From: Phoronis australis
Taxonomy: Eukaryota > Animalia > Phoronida
Direction of reading: 5' to 3'
DNA length: 64,000 nt
Assembly: GCA_002633005.1 (NCBI GenBank)
Contig: NMRA01000178.1
Location: forward strand, 596,062 to 660,061
The translations under genes were made by a program, and so were the position numbers. Position 1 is the first letter of the stretch; the number at the start of each line of letters is the position of its first letter. The notes under the pieces were generated by a model. That model searched no databases and had not been told where the DNA came from. It saw only the letters and a list, made by a program, of their open reading frames with translations. Shown piece by piece: positions 34,213-46,300 of the stretch.

Positions 34213-35139
34213 NNNNNNNNNNNNNNNNNNNNNNNNNNNNNNNNNNNNNNNNNNNNNNNNNNNNNNNNNNNNNNNNNNNNNNNNNNNNNNNNNNNNNNNN
34301 NNNNNNNNNNNNNNNNNNNNNNNNNNNNNNNNNNNNNNNNNNNNNNNNNNNNNNNNNNNNNNNNNNNNNNNNNNNNNNNNNNNNNNNNNNNNNNNNNNNN
34401 NNNNNNNNNNNNNNNNNNNNNNNNNNNNNNNNNNNNNNNNNNNNNNNNNNNNNNNNNNNNNNNNNNNNNNNNNNNNNNNNNNNNNNNNNNNNNNNNNNNN
34501 NNNNNNNNNNNNNNNNNNNNNNNNNNNNNNNNNNNNNNNNNNNNNNNNNNNNNNNNNNNNNNNNNNNNNACACAAGCATAAAAAACCGACATTATAATTT
34601 ATACAAACTGTGTAGAATTATTACCTGGGTGTTTCTCCAGGAACGTTAGTCCTATCCTTCTTTTGTCTAGACTGCCGAGGAATCTGTATATCGGATCCAA
34701 TGGTTTGCTCGTCTTGGAACCATTCTATCCAGACATCTTCGATGTTTGTTCCCAACGTCTGCACGGACGCCGTGGTCTGGTCGCGAGTCCGTTTGAAAAT
34801 GCACTTTAACAAGTTATGTCTATACAAAACGAATGACCAAGGGGGCACTCATATTGACAAAGTGACCGCATTCGCGAACAGTGCACAGTACCAGAAATTG
34901 CGGGGAGGCTGTACTTTCATAACAAAGTCTTGCAGGACTCGTGCGATGTTCAATAGGCCTCCAAAGGAGCTCTAGTTCCGACCTCAACACCCACCGTCTT
35001 TTTACCTGCAATAAGCACCACTGCCGTTTTCTATATTGGGAATTTCCGCAGAAAGGCCCACCCGATGAAACGTCCATGCCCATGGGTATTTATCATGTTA
35101 GTACTTCGGGTTTCAAGCGTTCAGACATTGGGACGTTTA

Positions 35140-35463
35140 TTTCGAAAATTGCAAGAGATGCAAATTGGTCCTAGGATATATCGTCAAGGTTTGAAGTAGT
35201 CCATGATGAACGGATCAAATTTAGTTGCGCATGTAAGTCTCTTGATTGGATTTGGCAACCTCAGGGCGCTTAGTGCCAACTGAGCTGCGAAACGAGATGC
35301 TGACATTGTAGAGGCTTACAAGCTCATTGACACAGCAGTTGAAGTGCAAGCGTTGGGAACAAACATCGAAAATATCTGGGTAGAATGGTTCCAAGACGAG
35401 CAAACCATTGGATTCGATATACAGATTCCTCGGCAGTCTAGAAAACAGAAGGATAGGACTAAC
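35140..35463 (+). pseudogene. hAT transposase remnant (minus-strand copies at ~32125-32480 and 34621-34764)
   Basis: KRDADIVEAYKLIDTAVEVQALGTNIENIWVEWFQD...IQIPRQSRKQKDRTNV(PGETPR) resembles the hAT C-terminal region; contains stops. Confidence 0.7.
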
Positions 35464-36738
35464 GTATGAGTAACCACTGGGGATTAAAAGGTGTCTAGAG
35501 AGAAGTTTTCAATTCAAAATTTTTTGCATAGTACACTTTAGGTCTCGCGACGGACCAGGCCAGCTTGACTTGCGTAGACGTTGAGTTTCAGTGTACTTCT
35601 GGTCCCTCGGCGAACTAGTCTTGTGACTATTTTAACAAAGTGTGCTTTGTAAAACTATTTATCTCAGCTAGTACAGTATGGTCTCGCGACATATCCACTA
35701 TTTTTATAGGGATAATAAGCACAGGTGTACTCTTGGTCTCGTGTCGGACCAGGTCATCTTTTTTGTGTACTCTCAGTCTACATTTGGTCCCTCTGCAAAC
35801 TAGTCCAGTATATCTTTTCACCACTGTGCACAGGATGTTTTGGTGTCGTGAAAATGTTTTCAGAGGATTTGTTTAATGAAACTTTTGACGTTTTACAATT
35901 GTTGTCAACGTGATTCAGCTTGATAAAGTGATTCTTAATTATTTATTGTCGCTTTTAATAATAGACTATGAGCTGAGAGCACCATCGTTCGCCAGTTTTT
36001 CTCGAAACGAGACAGAATACATGTTTATTTCCCTACTAAAAGTACAGGTCTTCGTTCTTAAACAACTTGAGGCTGCTGTTACGCGATCATCTGATATTCA
36101 AGTTTTTACGCCCACAGTGAGAGCGTAGGGAAATGGTGAGTATATTAATAAACCCCGGTAATTAAAATTATACGGATGAAAAGAAGATTTAAATGTGTGC
36201 AGTTTTAGTGTNNNNNNNNNNNNNNNNNNNNNNNNNNNNNNNNGTCAAATTCGGAACACGGCGCATTCGTAACGGAGCTATGGCTAAGTATAGGCTCTGC
36301 CGCGATATCCCATTCGACCGGCAGTGGCAATGCGCACTGCGACTCCGTTTTCGTAGTCTGCTCCACTGTGCAGTGAAGAACATTTACTTCATTTTTTAAA
36401 GAGAATGGAACCTGAGTGACGATGAAAAAACAGAAGCTGCTGGTAAGATGTGAATTTTAATCGAAGCCTTAGTGAACCACTCAGAAACTCGCAATACTCT
36501 CTTTGTCAAACCTTATCTTAAGACGATTTCCAAAGCAATGCCGTCATTATTGCCAACACGAAAAACGGATTTGGTCTTTTGGGCATTTGAAGACTATTTT
36601 AAATACGACAAATTTGTTAACAATTGATGGCACAAAATATAAAACGTGTAATAAGCATTACGAAAAGAAGTAGGTTTCGCGCGCAAACGCTGTGGACCAT
36701 AAACAAGTAGGTCTTTTAGTATGAGATTTGTAGTTAAT

Positions 36739-36805
36739 CGTGGTGGTGTAGTGGTAACGCACGCGCTCTCTATCTGCCACGTCCTGAGTTCGAGTCTTTG
36801 GTACG
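36739..36805 (+). mobile_element. tRNA-derived SINE head
   Basis: A-box tggtgtagtggtaa and B-box gagttcgagtc. Confidence 0.5.
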
Positions 36806-39260
36806 TTCAGTGTTTCCTGTTTGACAAGTTCTCCATGTTTTTGTTTTTTATTTTTCCTTTTTTTTCTTGGATAATATTTCAGGAATCAAGGAAAATGCTT
36901 GATTTTTAGAGGTAAAAACAGAAAAATTTCCTGAGCAGGAGGGGGGCAAACCTCCCGACCTCCCCCCATTCGGTGCTATGTGCAGTCTACAATCGTGGTT
37001 CAGTTTGCGCAAATGCTAACGGCCGGACAAAACGTTGGCCCCCCCCCTTGTGATATCCTAGATCCGCCACTGGTACACACCACACTTTTTCGTATACGTG
37101 TGTAAGCAGATGTTCCAACAAAAAATTTTGCTGGTGGCGTGACTCAGATGTACACAATATGGTTTCACAAAACTTATGAGCCAAGTTTATGTGACGAAAT
37201 CGAGAAGGGTTTTTAATTATCTTATAACTCCAGAGACTTAAGTGCCAGAAACTTACCAGGATGCATGGAAATTTCACTATTTGGCTACAAAAACAAAAAC
37301 ATGTCTTACACGGGGGGGACACGGTTTGTTTTCAGTCAGAAAAATCAACACGTACGAGGTTATTCAGTCAAGTAGTGTACACATTACCTAAGAAAGCAAA
37401 AATGTAGCAACTTCAGTTACCTGAGATGGTTCAGTTGTGTTATTAAGGCTGCTTGGCAACAACTTTGATGACACCTCAAGGTGATGGCCTTGAATTTTTC
37501 ACTCGACCGTCTTCTCGGCGTGTTAAATGTTCCCATTCTCTGTCGTTGCTTATTAAAAAATTATTTGTGAGAAAAAATGACAACAAAGTTAGAAAATAAT
37601 GGAAACTCACAGCTGGGGTAGGAGAAATTTATTACAAACAGATTACGAGTCACTTCAAAACGGATTCAGTGATTCGAGCCGCACGGCCTTAAAACCCACA
37701 ATCTTTCACAAATTTGCGCATTCCATAAACTTTCCCGTGATTGGGTAGAGACTTACCGGAAGTAATAATCGTCCTCTGGAAAGAGCACAGGACTAAGATA
37801 ACGTTGGACAGTTCGTGAGAATTTCGATTACATCAAATGTAAGAAATGACATAATGTATCTCACTTTTAATTTAAAACAATCAAAAAGGTAAAATGTCCT
37901 GATAGATTGACAAGACACGCGAATTTACCAAAGTGACGTGGTGTTTACTACATACCTTGCTTTACTGGTTCTACTGGTTGATCACGTTTTTTGGTGATAA
38001 TAGCCAAAGTCAGCTAGAATGTTAAGTTTGTTGTTGACCATGTCCATTTCTTCCATATTATCATACTCCTTGTTTAGCGCCTCCTGGCGATGAGCATGGA
38101 AAGCAGAGATATCGACATTTATAAACCAATTCTGCCTGAAATGATAATGAAAGTTTCTTAATGTTCGCCTAACGTATAGATTGTGGCCACAGAAATTGTA
38201 ATAGTAGCGACCCCTGTATGAGGGTAAACCTTGTGGTAGTACAGAAATGTACAACTTTTGTTCAATTGTCACAATTTTGGCCTTCCCGACTCGTTCCAAT
38301 TCACAACGCTACCTGGTCTCGAGCAGTTTACACCATTCAGTCGTTACAACTTTCAGAATGCCACCTCAAGTATACAGGTGTATGTAAGTTCCGCTGCTGA
38401 AACGAATTGGAGGCGCCCCCTCCCCCTTCCCCCCAACCGCCCGCGTTTCCCAAACAGCCCTGGCAATGTTCCTGACCTTATTTATACATACAAGGAAAGC
38501 GGTGTCGAAAATTAGAATTTATACGGTTAACATTTGCCTAGTTATTGTATAAACATCTGTTTTCAAACGCTTTAACAATCGGCTCACCTTCGTCTTCGTA
38601 GACCTTCGACGCTTTGTTTACAGTTGTATTTGTGTTCTCGCTATTGAGACTAGTGCTCCTCACTATTTGCATGGACATACAGGATGTCTTTTTTATTTCA
38701 GGCTAAGATTTATTTTTGTGTCTCTCTGATATTGAGTATCTTTGGTTCACTGTGTCATGCTGTCTTTGTGCTTTTGTGAGAACGTTGTCACTTTCGGAAT
38801 AACGCCCTTTGCTTTTTCTGAGGTCGCTCCGTGTTTTTCTGCGTTGATAAAACCACATCACTTTTGATTGTGAGCTTTTTCGCTTAGCTTGGCTGCACCC
38901 TTACACGTTTTGTCATTTCGTTCGTGTTTGTTCTTGCGCGCTGAAGACTTGCCAATACTTCTTTTATCCCTGACCAAGTCGATATCATGCTGCTGCGTAA
39001 CTTTAACCAAATTGCGCTGAAAACGTATCCTCGAGTCGCCTGAGCGAGCATCGAAAGTAACCGTAATTGACATATCGCAAGCTCCGCCTCTTGCGTAATG
39101 TCGACTAACAAGCAATAAGTTTTACCCGGCAACGTGTTTTTTGTCGGGTAAAATGGCGGCTTGGAAACGAAGGTGCTTCAATAATGCTGCGTTCTAAATG
39201 GTCAGATAAGCCGTCACTCAAAATCCTGGCGATAGGTCAATTCCTCGGTTAATGTTATCA

Positions 39261-39413
39261 GGCGTGCGCTCAGTAGACGCTAGGACCTACGCTAGGACCT
39301 AGTTAAAACCTAGTCAACGTCACGTGTTCTCATTTAAAATGCACGGCAATATCTCACGAAATCTCGCGAAGTCTTGCTTTTTAGCTAGGTCCTAGCGTTA
39401 CTGAACGGGAGGC
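39261..39413. repeat. Short MITE-like inverted repeat
   Basis: cgctcagtagacgctaggaccta / taggtcctagcgttactgaacg. Confidence 0.55.
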
Positions 39414-40184
39414 TCATTTTCTAAAGACTGTCCTGAGAATTCTCTTTACGTTCGCTAGGGCTACACTATATTTTTCATGCTTCTTTTAAGCAATCGTATT
39501 TGTTTTTGAAAGCATTTCGGGTGAACTTCGAGAAACATGTTCTGTAGAAATTACAGTCATTTTTAAACGATTTGGATCGCTTAACGGTTGCCAACGGACA
39601 TTTCTGCGTCTCCAGCGATGGCTTTGGTAATACTTGGCGTACTCGACTTCCTCATGGTCAAAAATAGGATTATTTTATTTTAAGTTTCGCTATAACAGCT
39701 ATATCAGGTGGTACAACAGTCTCGATTGCCCGGTTATACGCAATGTTTGTTGACAGGACTAGATTGGAGCAGTGTCCTTGTATAAGCTCCGTCCCACTTG
39801 TCAGTCACGCTGAGCTGGTGATCAGTCAAGCTATGTGACTTTCTGAAGCTTGATCAAATATAATAAAAAAACAACTTTGGATTTTTCGAATGATTTTACT
39901 TTTCTTCACTATACTGTGCATCAAGAATTAGACATTAGGTTAACATAAAAATGTAAAAAAAAAACAGTCAAAATTATTTTTCTGTATATCCACCTGCCTT
40001 AAGTGTTGTTCGATAGCACACTGATGTCTTTAAGTACTTGGGGGCTGCAAACTGATAGGTAATCTTTCTGGTACTTACAGCGGACAGCAAATGTGTATTC
40101 CAGACGTAAGCGGCCGGGAGACCTATACCTGACACGGACGCCTAGTGCCATGTCAGTGAGAGACTGAGGTACACAACACTCTAA

Positions 40185-40388
40185 TCAGGTATCAATATTT
40201 GGGTTTGTGTAGTCACACACTAGATTTTTCAAAACCGTTTCTTCACCATAGAGCGACCCATCGTTCTCACAGCTGCCGAGAGACATGCGTGCGTCAGACT
40301 CTAGGGTGTCGGTATCTCTTACATCCTCCGCGCATCCGGGGCTTAGTTCTGCGGTCCCTGGATCGGTTCCACCAGATTCGACACAACT
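40185..40388 (-). CDS. Cys-rich receptor terminal exon (acidic cytoplasmic tail)
   Basis: Strong T-rich acceptor, 67 open codons in the matching phase, then TGA. Confidence 0.7.
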   Translation of the reverse strand, partial: SCVESGGTDPGTAELSPGCAEDVRDTDTLESDARMSLGSCENDGSLYGEETVLKNLVCDYTNPNIDT

Positions 40389-43300
40389 CTACAATATAAC
40401 AAATAAACAATGAGATAAATGAATCGCACACACATTTTATGAATAAAAATCACATACATATAACATGATGTATAAAGTCTATCTTTCGCGGAAATCAATT
40501 AGTAAACTCTACTTGTAGGGGCATTCCGTTATGTCAAGTATTGGACTCGTCTACGCGCGTATTCTGGTATTCTACGATTTTTCTGTGGTCAAATGGCACT
40601 GAAATAATAAAGATAAAATGATACAAAAATACTACATCTTTGAGACAGTAAAGGGAAGGGTTTGTAACGGAGAAACTAATTTGGTGACCATGACCTCTAC
40701 CTTTTGAGGATTTGTAATAGACCAAGGTCAAAATGCATACGCGCACCCAGCTTTCAAAATGGGGGGCTCGAATTCCCGACGTTATAGACCTTTTGCTAAC
40801 AAAAGAGCGGGCGGACTAAAGAAAAAAAAACGGGAGGACCACTGTGAAGAATGAGCTAGTGTCTTTTGATACTCTATTCGCCGTTGTAGCGGCGGATCTA
40901 GGATACCATGAGGGGGGGGGCGACTATACTCGGAGAATTGGGTAAAGCCTAGGATGTATACCTTCTGTTCAGGAAATCTATCGTTGGACTAAAAAAAAGA
41001 ACGGGGTCGTGTTTTTCCCCCTCGTCCGCTACCAGTCCTAACTCCTGAACTCATTATTTCCTCATGCTTCACTCTGTTTTGCTGGTTCATTTTGCTTGCG
41101 GCAGCCAAGGGGAGCTGCCCCCCGGCAAATCCGCCTATGCGTTGCATGAAACATTCCCAAATAGGGAGTCGGCTACGTTCCCTAAATCTAGTGCGTATTT
41201 GCAGACCTGTGGAAACACTGATTGTCCTATCGTATGTTGTTTGTGTATCATTACGCCAATTTTGGATTTGATACAAATCGAGAGTGAACTCTACATTGAA
41301 TTCCGAATATTGTTGAAAATAAATAGGATTCTTCTCATGCAACGCCCCGATTTTTAAATCCTTAAAAGGACTAAGTCCCAAATCATTTTGATTAAGTTAA
41401 GGGCTCAGTTTTAGTTATATTGTTTTAAATTCTATTGGCCAAAGAAGAGCTCATAATAAAGATAAACTTATAGAACAATATTACACCTGTGCCTAAAGAA
41501 CGAAACAAATACGAAAAACATTTAGAGAACATAGTAGAGTCCCTATCTGGGACTGTTTCAAGCACACCACATGTGCAGTAATGTGTTCTTACGTGGGATT
41601 AGCTTTCATTAGTCCTAGGTTCTCACCCAAGTGTCTACATTGCGAAGGGCTTACATGTACATCTCGAAAAGCCTTTAAGGCGAGGACCTTCTTCTACTAA
41701 ATAACCTGATTATGAACTCTCAATTTCTAGCTATCGTTATACTCCCACAGATCTTCACTCCGTCGAAAGTACTAAGCCCGCGTCTCATTGCAAACAAACT
41801 CCAAGAGAGTTCTAGCTATCACACAATCATTGTCGGCAATCTAGTTCTCAACCGGAGGGTTGATTGAGACCAATTTCAATTCACGCAAAGCACAAGAAGA
41901 CGTTGATGACATTGCTATGGAAAAGGAAATGCAACCGTGAAGAAATCAGGCTGATATTTACATGTGCCCTATTGATCAAACATTGTATTCGTCTTCTCTG
42001 TAATCAAGACTACACCATGAACACTGAAATCTAGTTCGTCCAGTATTTTCCAAACTTTTTAATTTGCTATGGAAATGATGACTTTTTGTCCATTCAGTTA
42101 TACATTCCTTCCGATTTTTTACATTATTGTTAAAATGTAGAATGTCTAGAGCAGTGGCCACCTTTGTAAATTTTGAAGAACTGAATTAGTTGTATATCTA
42201 ATGCTTTCTCGGTACACCAATGAACAGTGCTTTGTGCTGTTGCAAAAATATTCTTCATCGGGAATAGACGATCCAAAAAATTTATTGAAATTGATTAAAA
42301 GATGCTTTAAGTTAACCCAATCAATACATTTACAACCTCACAGAAGACGGTGGAGTGATCGACGTACCTCATAATATTCATCTGTAAATGGGGTCAAGTT
42401 TCGGGCAGACTTCTTTCGATAGCACACGCAAGCGATAATCACGACACCCAACAGAAAGATCGCGACCATACATAATATGAAAATAAGAGTGTCAAAACTT
42501 GGTTCACATATCTTTGGTGAATAAATGTGGACTCCTTGTGTTAATTCTGTACCTTCCGGACACTTTTCGTTACACGTGAAGTTGTACTCGTATCTCATAT
42601 GTTGAGGGCAATCTTGTACACATGCCCTCACGCTGGCATTACGGTAGGCAAGCGAGCTGTCCCCGCATTCGTCGTTGCACCTCTCAACGCACGCTTGCGT
42701 GGCGCTGCAAGTAAGTGAGGTCAGCGGGCACTCAGGGTAGCAGTTGCCCTTGTATTCTAGCAATCCGCGAGGACACGATAGAACACAACTTCCATTCACA
42801 GTGACGTAAGAGCATGTTGGCTTGCACTCCTTGGATTTGGGATCAATGATGGCAGAAGATCGAGGACATTGCGAAACGCACTTCCCTCTGTAATAAGGCA
42901 TGCCGTGCGGACACGTGTCAACACAAACATTATGTAGTAACTTCCGGTGTCCACAACTACTTGAACAGGTTATTCCGTTCAAAATCATGGCGTCTTTGGG
43001 ACACTGGAACACACACGTGTGATTATAGATAAATGTATTTGTCGGACACTCTTTAAGGCACTTTTTACCCAAAACATAGAATTTATCGCAGTTAGCAACA
43101 CAAGTGTTGCCTTTCACAAGCGCAGCATTCTTCGGACAATTGGAGACGCATATCCCATTGTAGGCAAATGTATTAGAGGGACAATTTTCCATACATTTTT
43201 GCTGATACCAAAATTTAGGACAAGATACGTAGCATGATTTCTTTAGCTCAATGTGATGCTCAGTTGGGCATACATTTACACAACGCCTTGTATCTGGTAC

Positions 43301-46300
43301 ATACATATTTCTACAGCCGTCACAATCAGTGTCTGAAGGACCGTGACATTTCCGACATTCTCTTTGACAAGGCAAACAGTCATGCCCCTTTGGAAACGTG
43401 TTGTCAGGACACTCATCCAAACACGCACCTCCCGATAGAAACTTTTGACAATGATCTCGCGGAATACAGATTTCCTTTCTTTTCACATATCCAACAGGAC
43501 AATGGGGCACGCATATATTGTTCCAACGTAAATAACGACAGTTTTTACAATTAGACGCTCCCGGTCCATAGCAACCTTCGTCGCCACATTGCTCATGGCA
43601 GAGCAAGCAATTTTCGGAATTCAAAGGATCTCGATAAGAAATTTTTGGACAATATTTGGTACAAATTTTGTAATTGATTAAAAAGTTGTTGTCACCATTA
43701 CAGTGTTTAACACATAAACCATCCTGGAATTTCTTGTCGCCGTCACAAACAGTCGAACATTTTCCTCTTAACCCGAAGATCCCCTGAAGCTCTGTTTCAC
43801 ATACGTTTGAAGCACATTGCTTAATAGGGTTGCATTCCCAAGGCCATTCTTGTGCTTCTTCCTTCTTTGCATGGCACGTGCAGACGTCATCTGGCCCCTG
43901 GTTCTTGACACATGCTATCTGTCCGTTTTTCAGCGTTACTGTGTTGTATTGCCAGCTATGAATGCACGTATCTGCCGAGGCGAGGGAGACACTTACATTC
44001 TGTAACAGAAACTCGAGATTGGTAGACAATTAATCAAACTCAAATCATAAAACCTACGACAAATTTATTAGTATATTCGAGCTAGACTACATGCACACAA
44101 ATAAAAGTTATACAAAAGAGCTGATTATGTCGCTGACGGTCTGAAATGCCAAGATCAGAGGCGGATCTACGGAGGGTTCAGGGGTTAACCCTGAAATTTC
44201 CTCATCCGGCGTGGAGACCCTATAGAGGGCCTCCACCCAAAGACCCTAAGGGCGTGGCCCAAAGGCTAGAGGTGTACGAGGGCCTCGCTTTTGGCTCTAT
44301 GATACAGGCCTACTATATGGTCCGAGTTATAGACGAAAAAATGCCGTTTTAGCCAGTTTTTTTGGTATGACATGAAGTCCAGAAAGTTATTAACTTTGAA
44401 CACGTGCAAAAACTTTGAAGAAATCCCTAAAAACGAATGAAATGTTTACAAAGAACAAAAAGGACGGTCGTTTTAATACATATAAACATTACAAGAACAC
44501 ATGCGCAGCTACAGAGTTCAGCAGGAATGACGGAGAGTAGTAGGTCTAGTGTACGTCCAAAGGCGGAACGTGGTTGTCCTGCCCTACGAGATTCGGAAAA
44601 AAGACGAGTTAGCCAGCACAAAAAGCTCCATTATCAAAAAATCGTGTACCTAATAGATTCGTTTGATAGGTGAGAAGCAATGACGACAAGACGGTTCTTT
44701 CGAACTCATGAATGTTTTGCAAGGCTTTCGATGGACAAGTAAAACAGTAAGTGTGCTGTTTGTGAAATGTTCAGTGACTCGTATACACGCTTAGAGGATT
44801 CACTGATGGGTATCTGATCTCAGTCGGCATACACCAGACCCGAATCATTTTGAAGAGAGACAATTCGATCAGCTGTTGAATTTTTGTCCTCAATTTGTTG
44901 TGTTTACTACTGATTCACTCTGTCCCAGAATAGTTGCACCATGCTAGTGTTAAATGTTAAGACCCTTTCATACTACCGTCGAGGCGTCGATGTTTTCGGG
45001 AGTTGCGGTCAGTATGAACAGTTAACGTCGGTCCTGGATCGAAGTTAAAGGAGCATGCCACCCAAAAAACAACCTAATTTGTATCACTTTAGATCGAGTA
45101 GTTCTACTCCATAACGACACGTGCGGTTGCGTTACCTGACACCTGACGGCAAACGGAGGTGTTGAAATTATCCAGTTACGTCATCGGTTTCACACGCATT
45201 CTGTTCAGCAGTTCACAACACGGGTTACTGGTGTCAGCTTATCGCTTGGAGTCATCGTTTAACAAAAATAAATCATCAAACTTCGATGTAAAATCCTTAA
45301 AAATACACCGAGTTCTTACGTGTTGTTTTATTTCACTGTTACGGATTTATTGGTATTTGGACACACCGTAGCCTACAAAGTTCGGCAGGCCAATAAGGTC
45401 CGCAGCAGGAGTTCGGGGTGTGTTCGGAGATAATTTCGAAGTATTTTCCGTGAGATACAGATAGGAGAACCTAGATATGTGTTGTTTAGACTTGTGATTT
45501 TTTGAGTTCTAAACACAAAACAGTTTTTATCCTGGCCAGTGGCTCGGAGCCCGATCGGGCCCGTCGCGACCGGCCGGATTGACTCGTTATCCCTACCAGT
45601 GGCTCGGAAACTGATCAGACATCACGAACAAACCAGCCAAAGTTCAGTGGAAACTAAACTTCCAGTCAAGAAAATAGTATACTAGTGAGCCAAAGTAATG
45701 TGCACGTGATTATGTTGGTGAATTAGCCACGACACTGCAAATCTACTTACTCGTCGGGGGCCGCGAATTCGTTCCGCTTTGGCCACAGCACCGTCAGGGC
45801 AGAAGTTTTACACTGACAATCATAATTTGAGTAATGTAAATGTAAATAAAGATTCCCCTAACACCTGGTCGTGGGATGGAAATCGAGTTGTTTCACAACA
45901 GTTTCTGCCAGCAAACACTAAATTAGCATGAGCTCACACGGCCTCGGTGTCCCGTCAATTAGTTTTATTGCACCTAAAGCCGATAACGCAGTGATTTATT
46001 CATTGCTGGCTTCTCAAATCATTTCGTGCACCCACGAACACTCCAAAGGCATTACAAATTGCATCTAATCAGACAGACTTTGTTTCAGTTTTATATAAGT
46101 ATTGGTTAGGGTGAGAAAAATTCATTTTGAAACAATGAGAACGCTCAGTAATAAACGCCAAACATCATATGGCAACTCGCAATCCCGACTTAGGACCGTT
46201 CTAGAGCGGCTCATCAGTCCCGACTTCGCAGGTGGATCGTTAAGTTTTACACGCTATCAATTCGAACAGGAATACAATGATGAAGAAATACTAGAGAGGC

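Larger units (their letters stand above)
30818..37277. mobile_element. Palindromic cluster of deleted hAT elements (THAP12/PRKRIR/ZMYM1-type transposase remnants)
   Basis: Inverted arms 30913-31156/37074-37277, 31208-31816/35462-36113, 32144-32829/34765-35463; CAGTGGCG(G/T)ATCTA termini at 30818, 32892 and 37059-37072. Confidence 0.75.

Noticed and set aside
42338-44029. Calling the Cys-rich ORF PCSK5/furin, EGFR or insulin receptor, or treating it as a single-exon gene
   Set aside because: No subtilase, L-domain or kinase; the ORF starts at TTG inside an acceptor, and splice sites bound it at both ends
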